NCBI GenBank assembly: GCA_041697335.1
Contig: JBGUGD010000001.1
Location: 64,001-128,000, forward strand
Direction of reading: 5' to 3'
Origin: Vampirovibrionaceae bacterium NZW_1234
GTDB lineage: Bacteria > Cyanobacteriota > Vampirovibrionia > Vampirovibrionales > JAGQHJ01
Length of the DNA stretch: 64,000 bases
A program made the translations under genes and the position numbers. Below, piece by piece: positions 1 through 8,406 of the stretch. The notes below the pieces were generated by a model that was not told where the DNA came from, made no database searches, and saw only the letters and a program-made list of their open reading frames with translations. Each line of letters starts with the position of its first letter. The stretch's first letter is position 1.

Positions 1-439
1 CCATTCCTCTATAAACCGTTTTGTTTCCCATGACGAGTTTCGTCGTTTGATTGATACGGAGCAAATGTTGGAATGGGATGAGTACAACGGGCATTTGTAT
101 GGCAAGGCCATGCGGGATGTTTTGCCCATTGTGTCTCAAGGGCATCATGGCGTTATGGAGCTGACCGCTAAAAAGGCCTTGGAATTAAAAGCACGTCTAG
201 GGGATAAACTCAAAACGATCTTTATAGCACCGCCGAAACTGAGCTTAGAAGCGCTTCGGGTACGTTTGTTTTCTCGGGCGACGGAATCTGTGGACGCTAT
301 TGAGCGGCGGCTGACAGAAGCGGCAGAAGAAATGAAATTAATGCCTCGATTTGACCATGTGATAGAAAGTGTGGAAGGGTTGGTTCAGTTGCCGCTGGCG
401 CAATTGCGGGCCTATCTGGAAGAGCAAACAAAAAACTGA
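1..439 (+). CDS. gmk: Guanylate kinase (5'-truncated by window edge)
   Basis: Motifs LEWDEYNGHLYG, IFIAPP, RATES..AIERRL..A..E typical of the Gmk C-terminal half. Confidence 0.85.
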   Translation, partial: HSSINRFVSHDEFRRLIDTEQMLEWDEYNGHLYGKAMRDVLPIVSQGHHGVMELTAKKALELKARLGDKLKTIFIAPPKLSLEALRVRLFSRATESVDAIERRLTEAAEEMKLMPRFDHVIESVEGLVQLPLAQLRAYLEEQTKN

Positions 440-673
440 TCCACCGCCCTTGACTTCGATTCATGATTTGCCATAAAGTGTATCCCGAGCGGTTGAAGTA
501 TTCATTCCCAAGGGTAAGGGTATTACGTTAGGACATTTTGGTAGTTTGGTTAACCTGAAAAAACGATTTTCTTTGGGTTTTGTTACATTTTAACGCTTTG
601 TTGCAATTTCGGTGCATCAGCTCTGTTTACTAAAGGAGTATGTTGCCCGCGCTTGAACTTAAGGAATGTGGTT

Positions 674-1978
674 ATGATGATTCGCTTTGGCAAAATTATT
701 GATAATCCCGTGTTTGATAATCGTCCTGGCTTTCTTGGCCAGCTTGAGCCACGAGAGGCAGACTGGGATACTCGTACTGTTGGTGTTAAAGGCTCGAAAG
801 ACTTTGCGACGGTAAAGCAAGCCAGAAATTCCCAGGTCGATGTTGAATTTCACAACGGCAAAAAGGCTCAAACGGCTATTGTGACGACACCCAATGCTCG
901 ATATATTGTTTTGGAAGGTGGACGTCTGCAATTGCCTGACACCGTTGTGGAACTTCAGGGAGATACCTTTTCCGGTAAGATTGATCAGGTTAAAGTTCCG
1001 GCTCCACAAGAAATTCACCCTCAAACGGCTACGCCTCAGGCCTTTTTGTTGACGGCCGGTGTCGGCTCTCGCTTTGAGCCCGTTTCCGGGGATATTACGG
1101 ACTTGCCAAAGCCCGCTGTTCCCCTGATTGGTCGTGAATCCATTGCTCGAAATATTGTGAAACTCTTACAAGCGCATGGCATGAATGATGTGCTGGTTCA
1201 CACCTTTTATAAACGACTCCAGGTTCATAAATCCCTGGCCGGGATCCCCACGGTTCGTTTTATGGATGATCCGGAAGCCCCCGGAAGTGCCGGGGCCTTG
1301 TATAAAGCCTTGAAAGCCAATTTGATCGATACCACCAAACCCGTCGTCATCATTGCCGGTGACGCCGTGACCAATGGTGATCTGTCTCAGCTGGTCCGCA
1401 AACATGTTGAAACCGGGGCTGGGGTAACCATTGGTGTTCAGGAAGTGTCTGATGAAGATGTGCCTAACTTTGGCATTATTCAAACGGATAACCCGACGGG
1501 CAAGGATTCCGGTGAAATTCAGAGCTTTCTGGAAAAGCCGTCACTTCAGCAGGCCGGTAAAAATCGTCTGGGAAGCACTGGGATTTACGTCATCAGCCCT
1601 GAAGTTTATCCGACTATCATTGCCTGTGGGGATGTGATTTTTAATGATACCTCCAGACCCAAGAAAGATCGGATCTACGATTTCGGGATGCATTTTCTGC
1701 CTATGTGGTTGCAGCTCGGGAAGTTTAAAGCGAAACAACCCGGCAAGTCCCACATGTATGCCGAGGTGATGCCAGGTTATTGGAACGATGCCGGTAATCC
1801 GATTGATTATCTTCGCACAGTCAACGACATTGCTCGTGGCCTGATGGGGCGTTCCCTGGCAAGTCGTCTGAAACGGTTCTATGAAAATGGCGTCTTGTTC
1901 TGGGAAGGCACGAAGGCCAAAGCCAAGCTAGATGGAGCCAAGGTTTCCGGGAATGTTATCGTCACAAAAAAACCGTAG
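674..1978 (+). CDS. Sugar-phosphate nucleotidyltransferase (NTP_transferase family) with about 120 aa N-terminal extension
   Basis: LLTAGVGSRFEP..LPKPAVP, GSAGA, GDAVT, FLEKP, GYWNDAG motifs; start placed at ATG 674 after AAGGA. Confidence 0.85.
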   Translation: MMIRFGKIIDNPVFDNRPGFLGQLEPREADWDTRTVGVKGSKDFATVKQARNSQVDVEFHNGKKAQTAIVTTPNARYIVLEGGRLQLPDTVVELQGDTFSGKIDQVKVPAPQEIHPQTATPQAFLLTAGVGSRFEPVSGDITDLPKPAVPLIGRESIARNIVKLLQAHGMNDVLVHTFYKRLQVHKSLAGIPTVRFMDDPEAPGSAGALYKALKANLIDTTKPVVIIAGDAVTNGDLSQLVRKHVETGAGVTIGVQEVSDEDVPNFGIIQTDNPTGKDSGEIQSFLEKPSLQQAGKNRLGSTGIYVISPEVYPTIIACGDVIFNDTSRPKKDRIYDFGMHFLPMWLQLGKFKAKQPGKSHMYAEVMPGYWNDAGNPIDYLRTVNDIARGLMGRSLASRLKRFYENGVLFWEGTKAKAKLDGAKVSGNVIVTKKP

Positions 1979-2045
1979 TACTTTACGTCCCTGAGTGTCT
2001 CACCTGCCCACACAATCCTATTGTCCATGCTTCATTCGTGGGCTG

Positions 2046-2858
2046 CTAGAAAATCGCGGCATGGTCATTCAGGTAGTGTTCCAGGAGTTTGATAAAAATA
2101 GGCAGAGTGGCCAGAAACACCCCGAGGCCGATACAGGGTTTTAAAGCAAAGCTTAGCTGGAAGACCTGGATTTGTTGTGCCGTTCTATTCACGATCCCGA
2201 GCATCAAATCTACGGTGATGGTGACAATCAGGACAGGGGCAATTAATTGTGCTCCGATGGCAAGGGAGTTGCCGCCCAGTTGAATGAGATAATCAATGCT
2301 GATTTGACTGGCAAAATCCGGGGTCATGCCTTGGATGGGGAAGACTTCAAACGTCCGGTTCAACGCATTGATAAGCCAATAAAATCCGCCCAGATGCAGA
2401 AAAACCATTAAGCCGATGTAGCCGGTGAGTTTTTCTGTTAGTGCCACTTGTTGCCGGGAACTGGGGTCAAACATCATGGCGGAGGACAAGCCTATCTGGT
2501 TGTTCATCAGCGAACCTGCCGAGTTGATACACTCCATAATCATGGAACCGATAAACCCGATGAGCAGACCTACCGTGATGTTGGCAAAAATCTGAATCAA
2601 GTAAGGGAAGAGATCCAGCATGGTTACAGCCCGATTGTGAATGGGATCGCCTGGAAGGTGCCATGCCAGAACAAAGCTCATCAGAAAAGCAATGCCAAGT
2701 TTGATGTTGAAGGGGATATCTTTTCGTCCCAGGATTGGAGCCACCATCACAAAGCCCAACATTCGGCAGAAGACGAGAAAGGTGGTATCCACAATAGCGC
2801 CAAACTGGTGATGAAGAAGGGCTATTTGGCTGATGAGGCCTCCAAACTCCGCTTGCAT
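2046..2858 (-). CDS. fliR: Type III export gate protein FliR/SctT
   Basis: Hydrophobic 270 aa; FCRMLGF..APILG, AGSLMNNQIGL, LGIVNRTAQQIQVFQLSFALK; adjacent to fliQ/fliP. Confidence 0.92.
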   Translation of the reverse strand: MQAEFGGLISQIALLHHQFGAIVDTTFLVFCRMLGFVMVAPILGRKDIPFNIKLGIAFLMSFVLAWHLPGDPIHNRAVTMLDLFPYLIQIFANITVGLLIGFIGSMIMECINSAGSLMNNQIGLSSAMMFDPSSRQQVALTEKLTGYIGLMVFLHLGGFYWLINALNRTFEVFPIQGMTPDFASQISIDYLIQLGGNSLAIGAQLIAPVLIVTITVDLMLGIVNRTAQQIQVFQLSFALKPCIGLGVFLATLPIFIKLLEHYLNDHAAIF

Positions 2859-2864
2859 TCCGTT

Positions 2865-3404
2865 TTATTCCTTCTTGAATTCGGGGGGCTTGGGTAATGT
2901 GCCTGTCGCTCGACGCTTCATGTAAATTTGCTCGCCAACACCCGGCTTGGGAGCCACTCGCGTGCTGTTGACGTTTAGCGTGGAATTATTTTCCGTGAGT
3001 TCGTTGACTTTGGACGATTGCTTCATCATGGCCTGGATTTTGTTTTCACCAGGGACGTGTTTCGGCTCCCGGAAAAAGTCGTCTTTGGCTTTGGCGCCGT
3101 AAGCAATTCGGGGTTTGGGGGGGAGAATCATCAGGGAATCTTTTGGAATGACTTCCAGGCCCAGGTGAAAGGACTCTAAAATAAAATCTCGCATTGCGTC
3201 CATCATGAAAGGACCACCTAAAACAATCAGCATAAACACGCAGACAATCTTGGGTGCAGCCGAGATGGTTTGTTCCTGAACCTGGGTAACCGCCTGAAGA
3301 ATCCCGATGATTAAACCGATACCGGCGGCCAGTAATACGGCGGGCATGGACAAGAGCAGCATAAGCCCGATACCGTGGCTGACATGTTGCATTAATATGT
3401 CCAT
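2865..3404 (-). CDS. fliQ: Type III export gate protein FliQ/SctS with about 90 aa hydrophilic C-terminal extension
   Basis: GLIIGILQAVTQVQEQTISAAPKI signature. Confidence 0.92.
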   Translation of the reverse strand: MDILMQHVSHGIGLMLLLSMPAVLLAAGIGLIIGILQAVTQVQEQTISAAPKIVCVFMLIVLGGPFMMDAMRDFILESFHLGLEVIPKDSLMILPPKPRIAYGAKAKDDFFREPKHVPGENKIQAMMKQSSKVNELTENNSTLNVNSTRVAPKPGVGEQIYMKRRATGTLPKPPEFKKE

Positions 3405-3430
3405 GAACAGTACCTCCTTGGGCGTGCCGG

Positions 3431-4072
3431 TTAATTGTAACTGTTGACGAGGCCGTTAATAATGAGTCCCCATCCGTCCACGGCAATAAAGATGAGGATC
3501 TTGAACGGCAATGAAATAATGGTTGGTGAGAGCATCATCATCCCCAAGGCCAGAAGTACGTTTGCCACCACCAAATCCAGGACAATGAAGGGGATGAAAA
3601 TGAGAAATCCGATTTCGAAGGAGGTGCGCAACTCGCTGACCATGAAGGCGGGGGCTACTTCCCAGAAGCTGAGTTCTTCTACACTTTTTGGAGGTGATTT
3701 ATGGGCGAGTTCCACAAAGTAGGCGACGTCTTGTTGGCGGGTCTGGCGCATCATAAATTCCTGAAGCGGTTGGGCGGCTTCTGTAATGATGGCCACGACA
3801 GATTGTTTTTGCTTGATGGGCACCTCGGCTCGTTCGTACATTTCACCAAACACGGGCCCCATAGTATAGATGGTCATAATCAGAGAAATCCCAACTAAGA
3901 CCACGCCGGGAGGCACCTGTTGTGTCCCCAGCGCGGTTTTGAGAATGGACAAGACAATGACATAACGGGTAAAACTGGTGAGACTGACCAAAATAAAAGG
4001 CAGTAAGCTCAAGGCACCCATCAGGATAATGAGTTGAAGTGCGGGATCCATTTTGCCGAATAACTGTTCCAT
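3431..4072 (-). CDS. fliP: Type III export gate protein FliP/SctR (short form, no N-terminal signal peptide)
   Basis: TSFTRYVIVLSILKTALGTQQVPP, PAFMVSELRTSFEIGF, GMMMLSPTIISLPFK, DGW. Confidence 0.95.
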   Translation of the reverse strand: MEQLFGKMDPALQLIILMGALSLLPFILVSLTSFTRYVIVLSILKTALGTQQVPPGVVLVGISLIMTIYTMGPVFGEMYERAEVPIKQKQSVVAIITEAAQPLQEFMMRQTRQQDVAYFVELAHKSPPKSVEELSFWEVAPAFMVSELRTSFEIGFLIFIPFIVLDLVVANVLLALGMMMLSPTIISLPFKILIFIAVDGWGLIINGLVNSYN

Positions 4073-4077
4073 TGCGG

Positions 4078-4536
4078 CTATTTCCCTCCGAGTTTAAAGC
4101 GATCGGCCAAAATTAATTTGAGGCTGTAGTGGAACCGTTCCTTGAACCCGGCATTGGGGCTCAGCGGTGATGGACTACTGGAATAGTTTGATCCGGTAGT
4201 CAAGCCTGCAACAGTTCCCTCGTCGACTTGTTCGGCCAGAGCCGTTTCGCAAAGGGTCGTGTCAGGTTCTGATTCAAGTGTGGTCAGGTATTCGATTTTG
4301 TCCATGGTTGTTGAGACCAGGACACGCTGGGAACCATAGCGGATGACATATAAATTTTTACGCGGCTCCAAGGCCAATGCCGACTCGACCTGGAGTCCTG
4401 TCCCTGATGGGTTTGATGGCGTGGATGGACCGGTGGGCAGGAGGGATGGATTTTTCTTGAGATAGGCATAGATCAACAGTAAAAAGCCGATGACGCTTAA
4501 GGTTGCCAGGATAAAGTTGGTGAGATAATGGGCCAT
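4078..4536 (-). CDS. fliO: FliO/FliZ-like protein
   Basis: N-terminal TM helix then LQVESALALEPRKNLYVIRYG..RVLV; position upstream of fliP. Confidence 0.75.
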   Translation of the reverse strand: MAHYLTNFILATLSVIGFLLLIYAYLKKNPSLLPTGPSTPSNPSGTGLQVESALALEPRKNLYVIRYGSQRVLVSTTMDKIEYLTTLESEPDTTLCETALAEQVDEGTVAGLTTGSNYSSSPSPLSPNAGFKERFHYSLKLILADRFKLGGK

Positions 4537-5792
4537 TAGGTCCAGTCCTCTTCGTCGTCCATATCGTCAAAATCGGATTCTTCCAGGTTTAAGTCCATCA
4601 AGTCGTTGGCTGGGGGCATCTCTTCCTGCTGATGCATTTCTTCGGGGGCTTGAGATACATGGGGCTCCGTCGGCTGTGAGGCATAGGCCGATTTTTGACT
4701 TCGGTTACCCCGAGGTGGTGAGTCATCGACGCCTAAGATTCGGACACCGAATTTGTCACCAACGACCAGGAGTTCCCCCCAGGCAACCGGATGGCCTTCC
4801 ACTTCAATATGAATTCGGTTTTCCATCAGATCACCCACTTCCACCACCAGACCCTGCTCCATGTCTCTGAGGTGACGAAGCGGGAGTTTGACCGGCTCAA
4901 AGGTGGCGGTGACTTCCACTTCCAGGGTGTCCCAAATGTTTTGTTTGATTTCTGCGTCGTTCGCCATAGCGTCGTATCCTTGTTGTTGTAAATGTTCTGG
5001 GGCATGAAACCGTGGTGGAATGGAGATGTTGACGGGAATGGTTCCCTGGGTGATTGAATCGAGCAGATGCCAGCGGCTGGCATGGCTGTTTTCCAGTAAC
5101 ACCACATCGCCCTCTTCCAGGTTTTGGGCTTCTTCCAATTCCACACGGGTTGAGCCGATGCGAAAGCGGGCTTCCACATCAGCGTGATGAAATCGTTCTT
5201 CCGGCAGATTCCAGACCGGCGGCTGCGGGAGGTCTGGAAATTCGGTTTTAAGGCATGATTGAGGAGCTGTGAGGACAATTTGATTAATCTGTTCCGGCTC
5301 GCTGCTATCAAGTATCCAGACCAGGTGGACCAGTGGGTCATGTTCGGGGAGAGGTGCATGTTTATCGGCTTGTTTCAGAAACATCGGATAGAGGATGTGA
5401 AACAATTTCCTGCTGAAGCGCTCCAAAAGGAACACTTCAAAGTTGCGGATATGGTCCAGAGAAAATTCTTTGTCCTCAGCGGGTTTCCCTAGGGCAGATT
5501 CGAACAGGTGTTGGCAAAGCCCTTCTGATATCCGGAGTTGGGTCCAGCGAATACCGTCTTTGTCGAGGCCTTTTTGAGCGACATAAAAATCTTGCATATG
5601 CCAGTAATAATGAGGCTCTTTGGCCACACTGAACAGGCGGGTCCGAATCTGAAGATTCCAGAATTCATGGAGCAATTGCTCAATGGCTGCCTGAACATGT
5701 GTTCCCGGATACAGCAACTGATGTGGTGAAACATCCCGGATTTCCACCGGGGCTTCAGAATGTTGAACAGGGGGGACTGTAAGACCTTCCAT
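4536..5792 (-). CDS. FliM/FliN (SpoA-domain) C-ring or SctQ-like protein with two SpoA domains
   Basis: SpoA1 (RIGSTRVELEEAQNLEEGDVVLL) and SpoA2 (VEVEGHPVAWGELLVVGDKFGVRI-type motif); ORF is open to 5954, start at 5792 is a best guess. Confidence 0.8.
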   Translation of the reverse strand: MEGLTVPPVQHSEAPVEIRDVSPHQLLYPGTHVQAAIEQLLHEFWNLQIRTRLFSVAKEPHYYWHMQDFYVAQKGLDKDGIRWTQLRISEGLCQHLFESALGKPAEDKEFSLDHIRNFEVFLLERFSRKLFHILYPMFLKQADKHAPLPEHDPLVHLVWILDSSEPEQINQIVLTAPQSCLKTEFPDLPQPPVWNLPEERFHHADVEARFRIGSTRVELEEAQNLEEGDVVLLENSHASRWHLLDSITQGTIPVNISIPPRFHAPEHLQQQGYDAMANDAEIKQNIWDTLEVEVTATFEPVKLPLRHLRDMEQGLVVEVGDLMENRIHIEVEGHPVAWGELLVVGDKFGVRILGVDDSPPRGNRSQKSAYASQPTEPHVSQAPEEMHQQEEMPPANDLMDLNLEESDFDDMDDEEDWT

Positions 5793-6270
5793 CAACGCAC
5801 CATACTTCTCTCCATCCCCTACCTTATCGGTTTGTAGACGCCTCCACATCATCCGGCTGAAGGAAGCCATAGGGCAGGAGGAGGATGGAGGTAGGGTGGA
5901 TCTTGTGTTGAATGAGTGTCGGAATGAGCCAGCGAAAAGTGTTTTTGCCATCAATTATGTTCCCAGGCCAATAGGCTTTCTTAAGCGTAATGGGTTTTCT
6001 GGGATTGCCAAGAATCCTATGTCTGAAGGAGAGCCTTTGGAAAAGTGCCATCACGAAAAAGAGCGGCACTTCTATTGTTTGTTTATGTAAATAAAAGTAA
6101 CAAAATTCGCTATAGGCTCTCTTTGACTAGCACGTTTTTGAGCCTTCCGGTTTTTATTAAGGAAACCTTATATTTATCTTAATTATATCTATCATTGGCA
6201 ACTGCCATAGCAAGCCGATGCTGCTTGTTCAGGAAGAGAAGAGAGAAAGAAAAGTAGGAAGAGAAGGGCA

Positions 6271-8307
6271 ATGATTAATTTAGCGGGTAATTATTTTACA
6301 GCTAACCAGACCCAAAACAATGTTGGAAATTATTCGGCCAACCAAACGCTGAATATGGGCTTTAATTTGGGCGGTGGTACCCAAATACTGGGTGGCGTGC
6401 CTCAACCCCAAGGGGCCTTCCTGCAAGCCTACCCGCAAACTCAATTTGCTAACTTCCAGCAACCACAACCTTTCGCAATGCCCATGAATGGCTATGATCA
6501 AAATTCTACCTGGGGACAAGCCTTTGCACCCATCTATACCCCGGTGTCTGCTCCGCTGACTCCCCCTATTATGATGCCTGCTCCCACAGTGTTTTCGCAG
6601 CCACAGGTACCTTTCTTGACACCCGGAATGTCTTTCGGTTTTCCGTTCAGTATGCCTGTTCACATGCCCTACGTCATGACTCTGCCAGGTGCCTTGCTAC
6701 CCCAACCCCAAGGGCTTTCTGGGATTGCAACCTTTTTACTGGCACTGGTCGCCAAAGAATTGAAGAAACTCGGCAACACGGAAAAGCCTAAAACAGAAAG
6801 TCCCGCACCAGCGCCTGCTCCTCCAGGTGGCGATACACCCGTTGGTGGAAATCCTCCCAATACGCCATTACCGCCGGATGCAGAAGGTCCCAATGATGCC
6901 CCTGGAAACACAGGCGGTACAGATAATAATGGTGGTACCGGCAATACGGGCGGCACTGATAATAACGGTGGTACCGGCAATACGGGTGGTACTGATAATA
7001 ACGGTGGTACCGGCAATACAGGTGGTACTGATAATAACGGTGGTACCGGCAATACAGGTGGTACCAATAATAACGGTGGTGGTGGTAATACCACGCCGGT
7101 GACACCTCCTGCTCCGCCACCTGCCACTGCATCTGACTTATCCTTAACCACGGCAGTAATGCAGCGCTTTGTCTATAATGCCGACTTCAACCAGGATGGT
7201 AAAACCACTCTTGAAGAAGCACAATATGCGGTCACTCAGTTAGGTCGCGAGAACCAAGAGCATCCTAACGTGGAAACCGAGGCCGAGATGCTGGCAGGTC
7301 AGCGACTGGTTGCGAATTTCAGTTTGTTTGATAAAGCCCATGACATTAAGTATTTCAATGATCACAAGGCCCCTGGGGATCAGCCTATCCAGCAAACGGT
7401 GGATCGTAACCGTGGCGGTGTGGATAGTGCCAAGGTGAATATTATTGCAGCCTTGGATGGTCAACAGGCCAATGTCAGTGATACAGACTTTACGAATGCC
7501 AGAGCTGCATTACAAGCAATGGCAGTTCCTGGCCAAGCGTTTAGCGGTGGCATTCAAGCCAATATTTCCCAAGTGGATCTGGAAGAATTCTTCCTGCTCG
7601 CCAGCCCCGATGGTCTGGCTATCCCCAAGGATGAGGCCGAGCACACGCTAAACCTGTTGAAGCAGGCTCCTAATCCGGATGACACTGTACGGCGTCAGAT
7701 TGCTGCCGGCCAACTCATTGTGGATCAATGGGATGTATTCAGTAACGCCAATGGAGTAAGCAACCTGGTAAACGGGTCTGATGCTACTGATGCGGCTCCA
7801 GGGCAGGTGACGGTTGCCAAATTGCAGCTCATCTCTTCCTTGGATGATGATCACACCAAAGTAAGTGCGGGGGACTTTGATACCCTGGGCCTGTACAAGA
7901 ACTTGAAAAACACTGTGCCAGCTAATTTTACGCTGGATACTGAGTCGGCACTTAACGTCTTGCGTCAAGCCGGGGCACACCGCGGTCCTCAGAACGATGC
8001 CGACTTGGTTGTCACCGATCAGGACTTGATTGCCTTCCTGAATCGGACCAACCCCAATACGGCTGAAGCGGATATTGCACGAGTTCTATTGGCGAACAAA
8101 GAGATCTTTGCTCGTCAAATTGTGACCAGCCTGGCCAGCCCCATTCCGGGCAGCGCGTTGAGCACGCCGCCGGATACCCGTTCCTGGTCCTTTATGATTT
8201 CCCGCATTCGTGATGTTGCGGATAATGCCGGTGTTGCGGCTAATATTACCCAAGCCGATGTCGCTGCCAGCACCCCACTGAATCCGCAATTTATTGGTCC
8301 GGCCTAA
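6271..8307 (+). CDS. Hypothetical Pro/Gly/Asn-rich protein with EF-hand-like motif and three internal repeats
   Basis: 678 aa ORF, purine-rich leader, DFNQDGKTTLEE EF-hand-like loop, no signal peptide. Confidence 0.8.
   Translation: MINLAGNYFTANQTQNNVGNYSANQTLNMGFNLGGGTQILGGVPQPQGAFLQAYPQTQFANFQQPQPFAMPMNGYDQNSTWGQAFAPIYTPVSAPLTPPIMMPAPTVFSQPQVPFLTPGMSFGFPFSMPVHMPYVMTLPGALLPQPQGLSGIATFLLALVAKELKKLGNTEKPKTESPAPAPAPPGGDTPVGGNPPNTPLPPDAEGPNDAPGNTGGTDNNGGTGNTGGTDNNGGTGNTGGTDNNGGTGNTGGTDNNGGTGNTGGTNNNGGGGNTTPVTPPAPPPATASDLSLTTAVMQRFVYNADFNQDGKTTLEEAQYAVTQLGRENQEHPNVETEAEMLAGQRLVANFSLFDKAHDIKYFNDHKAPGDQPIQQTVDRNRGGVDSAKVNIIAALDGQQANVSDTDFTNARAALQAMAVPGQAFSGGIQANISQVDLEEFFLLASPDGLAIPKDEAEHTLNLLKQAPNPDDTVRRQIAAGQLIVDQWDVFSNANGVSNLVNGSDATDAAPGQVTVAKLQLISSLDDDHTKVSAGDFDTLGLYKNLKNTVPANFTLDTESALNVLRQAGAHRGPQNDADLVVTDQDLIAFLNRTNPNTAEADIARVLLANKEIFARQIVTSLASPIPGSALSTPPDTRSWSFMISRIRDVADNAGVAANITQADVAASTPLNPQFIGPA
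6904..7083 (+). repeat. Five tandem 36-bp coding repeats (GNTGGTDNNGGT)
   Basis: ggcaatacRggYggtactgataataacggtggtacc units read directly; variation mostly at synonymous positions. Confidence 0.95.
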
Positions 8308-8406
8308 TCTATCGCTAATAATAAAACAAGCCTGCTAATACTTGGTGTTTGTCCGGTACAGGCAGAATGACTCAACAACACTGGATGTGTTGCAAGAGTT
8401 GATAGA

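Noticed and set aside
6904..7083. 36-bp repeats as CRISPR
   Set aside because: Head-to-tail with no spacers, in frame, varying mostly at synonymous positions
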